From Planctopirus limnophila DSM 3776 (GTDB lineage: Bacteria > Planctomycetota > Planctomycetia > Planctomycetales > Planctomycetaceae), in assembly GCF_000092105.1 (NCBI RefSeq), contig NC_014148.1, positions 4,140,001 through 4,172,000 on the forward strand: a DNA stretch of 32,000 bases, read 5' to 3'. Below the pieces are notes generated by a model. It searched no databases. It was not told the origin of the DNA and was given only the letters and a program-made list of their open reading frames with translations. Positions 10,016 to 18,328 of this stretch are shown in pieces; position 1 is the first letter of the stretch, and every line of letters begins with the position of its first letter. Made by a program: the position numbers and the translations under genes.

Positions 10016-10795
10016 ATGGAAACGATTCAGGGACACCTCTACGACTTTCCCAAGTACTACGACCTGATCTTCGGCTCCGACTGGAAAGCCGAGTTCGACT
10101 TTCTTCAGGCCGCTTTCGAGCGCTATTCCAAGAAACCGGTGACAAGATTGTACGAGCCAGCGTGCGGCACAGGCCGCCTGCTCATCAAGCTGGCCGAAGC
10201 CGGTTATGAAGTGGCCGGGAACGACCTCAATCCGCACGCCGTCAAATTCTGTAACAACCGGTTTGTGCGCAAGGGCTTTGAACCTGTGGCGACCGTGGGG
10301 GACATGGCCAACTTCAAGCTCCCCAAAAAGGTGGATGCCATGTTCAACATGATCAACACCTTCCGTCACCTGCCCGATGAGGCGGCTGCGGAAAGTCATC
10401 TGGAGTGTGTTGCCAATCACCTCGTTAAAGGGGGGCTCTACCTGCTGGGACTGCATCTGACACCTCTCACGCCGCAGGTTTGTACGGAAGAGTGCTGGTC
10501 GGCTACCAAGGGGAGCCTGACGGTTAACTCGCGGCTATGGTCAATTGATATCAATCCTAAAACGCGCATTGAGCGGATCGGGATGAACTATGATGTCTAT
10601 ACACCCACGAAGCAGTTTCGCATCGAGGACGAAACCACCTTCCGTACGTATACCGCCCAGCAGATGGCCATGCTGCTGCTGCAGGTTCCGCAGTTAGAGC
10701 TGATTGCCGTCCACGACTTCCGCTATGATATCGACGGCGAAATCACGATCTCCGGCGATACGGAAGACGTCGTCTACGTCTTCCGGAAAAGGTAA
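10016..10795 (+). CDS. Class I SAM-dependent methyltransferase
   Basis: Part of track ORF 9629..10795. ATG at 10016 (METIQGHLYDFPKYYD). SAM motif I is LYEPACGTGRLLIKLAEAGYEVAGNDLN. The upstream 129 codons are low complexity and overlap the opposite-strand gene. Confidence 0.85.
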   Translation: METIQGHLYDFPKYYDLIFGSDWKAEFDFLQAAFERYSKKPVTRLYEPACGTGRLLIKLAEAGYEVAGNDLNPHAVKFCNNRFVRKGFEPVATVGDMANFKLPKKVDAMFNMINTFRHLPDEAAAESHLECVANHLVKGGLYLLGLHLTPLTPQVCTEECWSATKGSLTVNSRLWSIDINPKTRIERIGMNYDVYTPTKQFRIEDETTFRTYTAQQMAMLLLQVPQLELIAVHDFRYDIDGEITISGDTEDVVYVFRKR

Positions 10796-10825
10796 ATACT
10801 ATTCTAGCATGAATATTATCTATGT

Positions 10826-10856
10826 AGGGTGGGTTAAGGCTCTGCGCAACCCACCT
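10826..10856. repeat. REP-like hairpin element, copy 2 (AGGGTGGGTTAAGGCTCTGCGCAACCCACCT)
   Basis: 8-bp stem GGTGGGTT/AACCCACC with the loop AAGGCTCTGCGC. It is homologous to the element at 4101-4134 and lies 3-prime of the methyltransferase gene. Confidence 0.6.
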
Positions 10857-10879
10857 TGAACTTCTCGGAATCATGACTC

Positions 10880-11308
10880 ATGCAAACCTTTGAGCAGATC
10901 TGGGAATTCTCCCGCACTAATTCCTGGTCATGGGGTTACCCCACAGTCGTCATCTGCGGTGTGCTGCTCCTCATGGCCCTTTCATGCATTCGTTCGCCTG
11001 CCTGGCGACGAAGCCTGAAAGTGATCACCGCGATTGTTTTGACGATCCTGGCGACGGAGTTTGCAGGCCTCGAGATTATTGAGAAGTGGCAACTGCGTCG
11101 AAATTGGGCTGCTGCCCATCGGGAACAGCTCACACCTCGTCAACAGGATGCGTTGATTACTGATGGGGCCAATCTCACCCTGGGGCCTATGTTTTCTGGA
11201 GCACAGGCCGCGTTCATATTTCTTGGCACAGGAGTGGTGTTATACATCCTGCGATTGATCGCATTACGAATCTCCGCCAGTGAAGCGGAAATCAGTGAGA
11301 TGCGCTAG
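10880..11308 (+). CDS. Hypothetical integral membrane protein
   Basis: 142 aa with 3-4 hydrophobic segments. No recognised motifs. Confidence 0.55.
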   Translation: MQTFEQIWEFSRTNSWSWGYPTVVICGVLLLMALSCIRSPAWRRSLKVITAIVLTILATEFAGLEIIEKWQLRRNWAAAHREQLTPRQQDALITDGANLTLGPMFSGAQAAFIFLGTGVVLYILRLIALRISASEAEISEMR

Positions 11309-11405
11309 AGTCCTTTCCCGTTTTTTAGTATGCATTTCATGAAGAAAAGACGAGGTGACACCAGTTTCACAAGGAGTTCAATGGTTTATTCCAAGGCAAA
11401 AAAGG

Positions 11406-11738
11406 TTATTGGATGAGTCGATTCAGATAATATATTGTTAACATCACGACAAAAAACAAGATTGGCGAAACTCCTTGATCAAACTGAATACTTACTTGCT
11501 GACCTCTCCTGAATCGAACCCAAAAGAAGACTATCAACAGTGATAATAACGTCACTGTGGCTACGGCGCTTCTTGCAAGAAAAGACCAGGGAGTCAACGT
11601 TCTTAACAGATCAGTAAGTACCGTAATTGGCATATACAGATAAACAAAGGCTTTGGATAGAATCGCTACTGCCACGAGGACGATTGCCGCGCGACTATCG
11701 AAGGGCTTGTCTGGCATATCGCTTTCTTCATCACTCAT
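11406..11738 (-). CDS. Small hypothetical membrane protein (third gene of a 3-gene operon)
   Basis: Track ORF 11406..11846. ATG at 11738 (MSDEESDMPDK...) overlaps the upstream stop as ATGAGTGA, which suggests translational coupling. Three hydrophobic segments; AT-rich. Confidence 0.5.
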   Translation of the reverse strand: MSDEESDMPDKPFDSRAAIVLVAVAILSKAFVYLYMPITVLTDLLRTLTPWSFLARSAVATVTLLSLLIVFFWVRFRRGQQVSIQFDQGVSPILFFVVMLTIYYLNRLIQ

Positions 11739-12012
11739 CTGTCGACACTTTCTGTTGACCTTCTTTTCTGTTTTGCATGCCATGCCGAAGCAGATCCCAC
11801 AGCCCCGCATAGCGGAAGCTCGGATCGACATAATGCTCCAGAACATAAAAGCAGAAGTAATAGGTTCTGCACGAAGCCCAGATGGTGATCAGCAATAAGA
11901 TCAGGGCCTGCAACGAGAACTGCGGTGCCAGCAGCAGACCTCCAGAGATGATTGCCAGCAAAGCAAACAATGCTCCTTTCATCTTGAGAAGTGCGGGAGA
12001 TTTTATGTCCAT
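11731..12012 (-). CDS. Small hypothetical membrane protein
   Basis: 93 aa with two TM segments followed by YYFCFYVLEHYVDPSFRYAGLWDLL. It is co-oriented with, and tightly packed between, its two neighbours. Confidence 0.55.
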   Translation of the reverse strand: MDIKSPALLKMKGALFALLAIISGGLLLAPQFSLQALILLLITIWASCRTYYFCFYVLEHYVDPSFRYAGLWDLLRHGMQNRKEGQQKVSTDE

Positions 12013-12041
12013 GGCCAGTATCCTTCATGAGCGGCAGTACG

Positions 12042-12506
12042 TCATGCCTGCGGTACCAGGCGGAAAGTCTGCCACACGATGCTCCGATCTTCCTCACTTT
12101 CGATGTTCTCAATGACCTGTCGTGCAGTGGCATAGGAGTTACGGTAGTCCTCCATCTCACCGGCCACATAAGCGGCGTGGGCGTGAATCGTGTGGACAAA
12201 GGCCATCTCCCAGTCGGGAGTCTCTGCCCGATTGACGAAAAAGTTCCGCATGGAATTTGCCAGCGATCGTGCGACGACTCCATGACCAAGTACAGCATGC
12301 ACTTCAGCCAGCAGCATCGTCGCCCGCTGCTGATTCAGTTCTGTACCGATCTGTGACCAGTGCCATGCCGATATGTGAGCGGCAGTCAGCATCTCCAGAT
12401 CTTCTGCGTGAGATCGCTCTCGATTCGTCAGTTCCCAGGCCCGGTTATTGGCCTCCACTGCGATACGTCGATGCCAAGTTTGCTGTGGAGCAATTGATTC
12501 CTCCAT
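12042..12506 (-). CDS. Hypothetical soluble helical protein (first gene of the operon)
   Basis: 154 aa. The start ATG at 12506 directly abuts a 2 x 15-bp tandem repeat. No diagnostic motif recognised. Confidence 0.6.
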   Translation of the reverse strand: MEESIAPQQTWHRRIAVEANNRAWELTNRERSHAEDLEMLTAAHISAWHWSQIGTELNQQRATMLLAEVHAVLGHGVVARSLANSMRNFFVNRAETPDWEMAFVHTIHAHAAYVAGEMEDYRNSYATARQVIENIESEEDRSIVWQTFRLVPQA

Positions 12507-12536
12507 ATTTTACCTTACGTCATTTTACCTTACGTC
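12507..12536 (-). repeat. Perfect tandem duplication, 2 x 15 bp (minus-strand reading GACGTAAGGTAAAAT x2), immediately 5-prime of the ATG
   Basis: Plus strand ATTTTACCTTACGTC at 12507-12521 and again at 12522-12536. Each unit carries an AAGG(T) Shine-Dalgarno-like core. Confidence 0.85.
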
Positions 12537-12710
12537 TGGCAGAGCAAAGATTCATTCAATGACATCCGCCGATTGAATCTCAACGACTCGCCAGGTGCGA
12601 GATTTTTTTGTGTGAATAACGAAAATCCGAGAAACTCCAGATTCAAAGCATCCTGATTGCTGTAACCTTTACAGGTTCACCGCCACGTTCTCAAAAAACA
12701 GGAAAACCTT

Positions 12711-13028
12711 TTGGAAGCTATGCCCATTGTCCTCATTGGTGGAGGAATTTTTGTTCTCGGTCTGATGGCTGTGATGGCCCTGTTTCTTCTCAGGCTTTTG
12801 AGCACACCTGCCGAGAGAGATCCGGTCGATCAGCACGAACTCCAGCAAAGGCGTGATGAACGAAAAGCCCGCTTTCAAAAACTGCTGACAGATCTCCCCA
12901 CATCGACCAGAGACGAGATCATCGACCTCATCGGTCAACGCCAGAAGATCGCAGCGATCAAACTCCTCCGCGATGCCACCGGCATGGGCCTCAGAGAGGC
13001 CAAAGAGGCCGTCGAGTTACTCGAATAA
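12711..13028 (+). CDS. Small membrane-anchored protein with a ribosomal L7/L12 C-terminal-domain-like tail
   Basis: N-terminal TM (IVLIGGGIFVLGLMAVMALFLL). The C-terminal KIAAIKLLRDATGMGLREAKEAVELLE closely mimics the L7/L12 CTD motif (KI..IK.vRe.TGlGLkEAKd.VE). The start may be ATG at 12720. Confidence 0.65.
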   Translation: MEAMPIVLIGGGIFVLGLMAVMALFLLRLLSTPAERDPVDQHELQQRRDERKARFQKLLTDLPTSTRDEIIDLIGQRQKIAAIKLLRDATGMGLREAKEAVELLE

Positions 13029-13130
13029 GTGGCAAGCCCCACACATCCCAGCACCACAAACACCGAATCCGTGGCATACTCTTCCTGACTGGCGAAACAC
13101 AGCTGCTGCAACAATTCACCGAAATCCGTC

Positions 13131-14861
13131 CTAACGGGTCAGCTTCAACATCAGCTTGCTGTTCGATTCGAGCTTAGGCAGCGGCAGGATTGTCTCCGAT
13201 TCCGACTGGGCCTTGAGCTTGAGTGGCAAGACAACGGTGAACACACTCCCTTTGCCAAACTCGCTCTGCAATCTGACTTCGCCACCCATGAGCCGGGAGA
13301 GTTCACGAACAATCGACAGGCCCAGCCCCGTCCCTTCATACTCGCGTGTCAGAAGATCTTTCTGACCAGGTGTTGATTGCCCCTGCCGGAACTTTTCAAA
13401 GACCCGCTCCTGTTCTTCGAGGGGAATACCAATCCCGGTGTCTTCGACTATCAATGCGAAATGATCCAGGACTGGAGGCGCATCACCTGCTTCGATGGTC
13501 TCCGTCTGTTCTTCAGGAGATCGTTCGGCCGGGCAAAGATCCACCTTCACCCGCACCTTGCCACCATCCGGCGTAAACTTAATGGCATTCGACAGCAGGT
13601 TTCCGAGGATCTGCTGCAGTTTGCCTGCATCCTGCCATAGCAAAGGGACCTCGGGAGAAACTTCGCTCGTCAACTCGAGATGCTTCTTTTCCGCCAGTGG
13701 CATCAATGAACCCACTTGCCGCTCGACCAGATCGTAAATCGAGAAGTCGCTCGGGTGCAGTTCCATCCGGCCACTTTCAATCTTCGCCAGATCGAGCACG
13801 TCATTAATCAGGTTCAATAAATTCTTACCAGCCGTCTGAATGTTGGAGACATATCGCCGCTGTTTATCCGGGAGTGTCGAGGTCGATAACAGAACTTCGC
13901 TGAAACCCAGAATCGAATTGAGCGGCGTTCTCAGTTCATGGCTCATCGTTGCCAGAAACTCGTTCTTGATCTTATTCAGTTCAAACAGTCGCAAGTTCAC
14001 CTGGGCGAGTTCATCCACTTTACCGTCAAGATCATGATTCACATGCTGCAACTCTTCCTGCACAGTCACCAGATGCCTGAGCATGCGGTTAAAAGCATGC
14101 GACAGTTCTTCAAACTCATCGCCCGTACGAATATCGGCCCGCATATCGAGACTTCCACGGGCAATCGCATCGCTCACATCTTTTAAGTGCAGTACGGGTT
14201 TAACAATTACATAGCGCACAATCGCATAAGCAGCGAGCATGGCCAGAAATGCCGTCACAATGGCCGTCGTCAGCAGAATGGCATTGTTCCATGCCAGCGA
14301 TCGCTGGGTCTTCTCCAAAGGGAACGAAATCTTCACCATGCCGATGAGATCACCCGCCCGCAGCCTCGGGTTTTTATTGTGCTGCCGATGGCAATCGAGA
14401 CAGGAATCTGTCGCATAGACACCGCCGTAGTAAATATATTGCTGCCTCGAACGATCTCGAATGACTTTAATGACTTCCGATTCACCGCCGCGAATCGCTT
14501 CGAGAGCAATATGCCCCTCACCATCGAGGGGCCTGGCCGAAGGATTCGAAAGCTCGGCGTTTAATAGCGTCCAGCTATAATCCTTGAGTTCTTCCGGTTT
14601 CAGTTCAGCTGCCATGCGCTCGACGTTATCGGTACCGATATTCCCGCTATCCGACCATTTCCAGTGCTTCTCCATGACGATCGGAGCCACGAGCAACCGG
14701 GCGGTGGTCTGATTCTGCCGGAACACGAGATCGGTGGTTTGCCTGGCATAAATATAGAAGCTGCCGGTAATCAATAGTAACAGACCGCTACCGAAGAGGA
14801 GTCGGCATTTGCGTTCGAGGCTGGTTTCTCCCAGCATGCGTTTAATCGAGCGATACGACAT
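13131..14861 (-). CDS. Sensor histidine kinase with a heme-c (CxxCH, DUF3365-like) extracytoplasmic domain, HAMP, HisKA and HATPase_c
   Basis: TM1, then a sensor domain containing CLDCH (nt 14388-14402), TM2 and HAMP. The H-box is FLATMSHELRTPLNSILGFSE, and N/G boxes (LLSNAIKFTP, GTGLGLSIV) are present. There is no receiver domain. Confidence 0.88.
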   Translation of the reverse strand: MSYRSIKRMLGETSLERKCRLLFGSGLLLLITGSFYIYARQTTDLVFRQNQTTARLLVAPIVMEKHWKWSDSGNIGTDNVERMAAELKPEELKDYSWTLLNAELSNPSARPLDGEGHIALEAIRGGESEVIKVIRDRSRQQYIYYGGVYATDSCLDCHRQHNKNPRLRAGDLIGMVKISFPLEKTQRSLAWNNAILLTTAIVTAFLAMLAAYAIVRYVIVKPVLHLKDVSDAIARGSLDMRADIRTGDEFEELSHAFNRMLRHLVTVQEELQHVNHDLDGKVDELAQVNLRLFELNKIKNEFLATMSHELRTPLNSILGFSEVLLSTSTLPDKQRRYVSNIQTAGKNLLNLINDVLDLAKIESGRMELHPSDFSIYDLVERQVGSLMPLAEKKHLELTSEVSPEVPLLWQDAGKLQQILGNLLSNAIKFTPDGGKVRVKVDLCPAERSPEEQTETIEAGDAPPVLDHFALIVEDTGIGIPLEEQERVFEKFRQGQSTPGQKDLLTREYEGTGLGLSIVRELSRLMGGEVRLQSEFGKGSVFTVVLPLKLKAQSESETILPLPKLESNSKLMLKLTR

Positions 14862-14868
14862 GACAGCA

Positions 14869-16791
14869 TCAAACTCCTGTATCCGTCATCTCAGGAGCAT
14901 ACTGCATGGCGACGATGCACAGATCATCGCGTTGCGATCGATCATCGGCGAAGGCCTCAATCCTTTCGACCAGATTGGCTACAAACTCTTCGGCTTTCCA
15001 TTCCTGCTCTTTGAGCATGGCCACAATGCGATCGCGACCGAACATCTCTTCTTCGGCATTCATAGCTTCGGTCACGCCATCGGTATAGATCACGATCATT
15101 TCGCCGGGTTCTAGGTGGAACTCGAGTTCGTTATAAATCGTTTCGAGAGGTGCTAACCCCAAAGGCATTCCCGAAGCCTTCAGTCCCAATAGTTCGACCT
15201 CGCCCGACTTCCGACGAATCAGCGGTAGTAAATGACCGGCATTCACCACCTTTCCCGTACCGCTTTCAGGGCGGATAATCACCATCAGCATCGTCACAAA
15301 GCGATGCCCCAGGCCACCGGCACTCATTTCTCCATTGAGTGCCCGCATCACATCCGGCCAGTTCGCTTCTGCGATCACCCGGTAGCGGGTCGCTGCATAA
15401 AGTCTTGCCATGAGTAATGCAGCGGGTACTCCTTTCCCCGCGACATCCGCAATCGCAACAGCGAGTTCATCACAACCCGACTTTGGTGGCTGTGGTATAT
15501 AGTCAAAGTAATCGCCCCCGACTTTACGGGCTGCTTCATAAAAATCGGCGAATCTCCAGCCACGCAGGGTGGGCTTCGATGAGGGCAGAAATCCGAGTTG
15601 TACCTGTGCCGCAAACTGCAGCTCGCGATCCATCTCCCGCTGGCGCACCACGGCCTCATGCATCGCGGCATTTTCCAGCGCTAGCGTGACGGGCTTACTG
15701 ACGCTCACCAGCAATTCCAGATCTTCATCGCCAAATGGCTGCATGAGATCCAGCGTGCTTAATTGAATCACGCCTAAAGTCTGAGTGTTACTTCGCATCA
15801 ATGGCACGCACATCACGGAGCGAATTTTCATCGAGGCCAGCGATTCACTCCGCTGAAATCTTCCATCTTCCGAAGCATCAGCCGAAAGTATGGCCTGCCC
15901 GGTTTCCAGGGCCTTGTTGATGATGGTCATGCTCACTGGCACGAATTCCTGCTGATCTCCCATTCGCGACCACGTTGCGCGGATGGCCAGCCGCTCTGCA
16001 GGATTGTGATCCCATGCAGGACTCCCCTCGGCTTCGTCGTCACTTCGCAAGAGGAAGAAGCCATACTCGGCTTGCGGGAAAATGCGAAATAACGCTCTCA
16101 GTACAGCCGGCAGAACATCCTCGATATCGAGCATGCCGCCCAATGCCGATGCAATTTCCAGAATCGACTTGAGCTTCACTTCCGGTCGGACGTTAATTCG
16201 AATGCCATGCCCTGTGGCTGCATCTAACGTCGAAATAATCGACGAACTGCCATCTTCGCCGCCCATGCCTGCGAAAGGTTCATCGCTGGTCTCGGGAATC
16301 GTCTGCCGCCCGGCAGGCTTGGCGGAATTTTTGCCGCTTTCCGACCTGGCGATCTTCGAGCGACCAGATTCTGTCAGGTCGATCGATTCATTCGAAACAG
16401 AAGATAACCCGCCCTGCTCTCCATCAGCAGACCGGCTGCCCAAATCTCGCGGCCTCATCCGGCGTGTTAACGGGCCTGCCTGAAATTCGAAGACGAAGTC
16501 ACAGATGCGCAGAAGATCACCATCCCGTAACTCGCGCGGGCCGGGGATCAATTCATGATTGACGTGCGTTCCATTCAGACTACGAAGATCTTCAACCCGA
16601 TATTGGCCATGCTCTCGCAAGATCTGTGCGTGATGCCGGCTGACCGATTGGTGATCCAGCACGATCTGGCTTGTCGCGTGCCGACCCAGAATCATGCGAG
16701 GCTCACGCAACTCGACGATCTGACCAACAACCGGCCCTTTAATGACCTTCAGACTGGCCACTCTCCATTGCTCCCGGGAACAGTGCGACAA
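14869..16791 (-). CDS. FHA-GAF-PP2C (SpoIIE/RsbU-type) serine phosphatase
   Basis: N-terminal FHA (ILGRH...SVSRHHAQI...DLRSLNGTHVN), a central GAF, and C-terminal PP2C motifs (GGDYFDY, IADVAGKGVPAALLMA, YTDGVTEA). The track start is TTG at 16791; the GTG near 16761 is an alternative. The stop lies 7 nt upstream of the kinase start. Confidence 0.88.
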   Translation of the reverse strand: MSHCSREQWRVASLKVIKGPVVGQIVELREPRMILGRHATSQIVLDHQSVSRHHAQILREHGQYRVEDLRSLNGTHVNHELIPGPRELRDGDLLRICDFVFEFQAGPLTRRMRPRDLGSRSADGEQGGLSSVSNESIDLTESGRSKIARSESGKNSAKPAGRQTIPETSDEPFAGMGGEDGSSSIISTLDAATGHGIRINVRPEVKLKSILEIASALGGMLDIEDVLPAVLRALFRIFPQAEYGFFLLRSDDEAEGSPAWDHNPAERLAIRATWSRMGDQQEFVPVSMTIINKALETGQAILSADASEDGRFQRSESLASMKIRSVMCVPLMRSNTQTLGVIQLSTLDLMQPFGDEDLELLVSVSKPVTLALENAAMHEAVVRQREMDRELQFAAQVQLGFLPSSKPTLRGWRFADFYEAARKVGGDYFDYIPQPPKSGCDELAVAIADVAGKGVPAALLMARLYAATRYRVIAEANWPDVMRALNGEMSAGGLGHRFVTMLMVIIRPESGTGKVVNAGHLLPLIRRKSGEVELLGLKASGMPLGLAPLETIYNELEFHLEPGEMIVIYTDGVTEAMNAEEEMFGRDRIVAMLKEQEWKAEEFVANLVERIEAFADDRSQRDDLCIVAMQYAPEMTDTGV

Positions 16792-16913
16792 CTCGACGGG
16801 TTCTGCCCATTTTGACTGCCTGCCACCTGACAGACTTCCGCCTGTGGCGAAACGACTTGAATTAGATTAACCCAAAATGCCACTCAGAGGCAGTCCAACT
16901 CTTGCCGCGACAT

Positions 16914-17606
16914 TCAATAAGCGTCTTTCAACTTCCAGTCGGCAATCAGCCAGCCCACTAAAAGACCGATGGCCGCCCCGGCCAGCACATCACTGGGAAA
17001 GTGAGAAAGCGATTGCACTCGCTGCACTCCCACGAGGCATGCCAGAATTACAAACCAGGTTTTTCCTCGACGATACAACGTCGAAAGTGCGACAGTCAGC
17101 CCGAAAGCTGTCGCAGTATGTCCGGAAGGAAAGCTGTGGCTGGCCACTTTTCCCTCCAGAAATGGGAGTATCGAGGTGATGGTTGTCGTGATTTCGACGT
17201 TCGCCAAATCCAGCTCGCGCGGTCTTTGCCGTTCGATCAACTGCTTGGCGACATCAGCAGTCAGCCCCGCTCCCAGCGATGCAGCCAATAACCAGGGCAA
17301 CAGCCGCTTCTTCGCAGGATCCAGAACACCCACCGTCACAATAATCAGCAGCGTCCCAACCGCATGGCCATAATACTCGGCTGCTTCAAAAAACTCGCGG
17401 ACGATCCCCGGTGCCCGGTGCGCATGCACCCACCTCGCCACCGGCAAATCCCACTGAAAAGCGAGCATCGCACCCGCCACCAGGGCCGCCAGCAGTGCCA
17501 ATCGCTGCTGCCAGATTTTTTTGCCTGGCGATGATCCCCGTGGCCCTGACGCCGAGGCGAGAACTTCCCTGGCAACACTTTCACTCAATCCCGCGTCTCC
17601 CTCCAT
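16914..17606 (-). CDS. PAP2-family phosphatase (membrane)
   Basis: KxxxxxxRP-like region (KQLIERQRP) plus the acid-phosphatase motifs PSGH (SFPSGHTATAF) and SRxxxxxHxxxD-like (SHFPSDVLAGAAIG). Multiple TM segments. Confidence 0.85.
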   Translation of the reverse strand: MEGDAGLSESVAREVLASASGPRGSSPGKKIWQQRLALLAALVAGAMLAFQWDLPVARWVHAHRAPGIVREFFEAAEYYGHAVGTLLIIVTVGVLDPAKKRLLPWLLAASLGAGLTADVAKQLIERQRPRELDLANVEITTTITSILPFLEGKVASHSFPSGHTATAFGLTVALSTLYRRGKTWFVILACLVGVQRVQSLSHFPSDVLAGAAIGLLVGWLIADWKLKDAY

Positions 17607-17845
17607 CCTTGGTCAACCTGACAATGGGCCAGCCGTCAACCACCGGCGGTGCAGCGTAACTCTTTTCGCTGTAAGTCACTTCGTGGAAAAGAGCCTATCA
17701 GAAATCAGGCCCCGGCACGAATGATTCTCAGTGTTCCTCATCGAACAAGGGAGTATCAAGCCTGCCGGTTTTGCGGATTCTACCGCCAGCAGGGATTTCT
17801 GCCGACCGCAGCTTTCGAGAGGAAACCGGCCTCAGGTCCACTCTC

Positions 17846-17873
17846 TTGCCACGGAATCGGTTTTCGTTAGACT
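17846..17873 (+). promoter_or_regulatory. Sigma-70-like promoter candidate for tRNA-Ser
   Basis: TTGCCA (17846-17851), a 16-nt spacer, then TAGACT (17868-17873), about 38 nt upstream of the tRNA 5-prime end. Confidence 0.4.
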
Positions 17874-17910
17874 ATGCTGATCGGTGGGGCGACCACTTCC
17901 CGCCGATGCT

Positions 17911-17999
17911 GGAGAGGTGGCTGAGTGGTCGATAGCACCGCTTTGCTAAAGCGGCGTGGGAGTCAAATCCTACCGCGGGTTCGAATCCCGCCCTCTCCG
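17911..17999 (+). tRNA. tRNA-Ser (anticodon GCU), type II with a long variable arm; CCA is not encoded
   Basis: Hand fold: acceptor GGAGAGG/CCTCTCC, D arm GCT..AGC, anticodon stem CCGCT/AGCGG with loop TTGCTAA (anticodon GCT), a 21-nt variable arm, T arm GCGGG-TTCGAAT-CCCGC, and discriminator G. Confidence 0.93.
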
Positions 18000-18013
18000 C
18001 TTGCCGCAAAGCC

Positions 18014-18055
18014 AAAGCTCTTCGATATTTCCATCGAAGAGCTTTTTCGTTTTTC
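18014..18055 (+). terminator. Rho-independent terminator of tRNA-Ser
   Basis: Perfect 13-bp stem AAAGCTCTTCGAT/ATCGAAGAGCTTT with loop ATTTCC, followed by TTCGTTTTTC. Confidence 0.8.
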
Positions 18056-18260
18056 GGGTGATTGTTGGCTCTCGATACCAAGTTCACCCAGCCTGACCTT
18101 GGCAAATGGCGTCCAGAGGATCGTGCCCTCGTTCTCATCTCGATGTTGAAGAATGCGGTATAGCATGGCGGCCGGGTGCGATGTAGCGTGAGATGACAAA
18201 GGGCGATTCGTCACAACTCGTTTGAGATAACACGCATCGAGATTGATAAGTGCATGCCGC

Positions 18261-18300
18261 ACCGCCGAAGTGCGGTAATGTTTCACCGCACTTCGGCGGT
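18261..18300. repeat. Perfect 16-bp inverted repeat with an 8-nt spacer; each arm is itself a 5-bp mini-hairpin
   Basis: ACCGCCGAAGTGCGGT - AATGTTTC - ACCGCACTTCGGCGGT. Within each arm, ACCGC pairs with GCGGT. It ends 28 nt upstream of the first array ORF. Confidence 0.85.
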
Positions 18301-18328
18301 TGAATACCTGTTATCTGCCTAATGAAAG

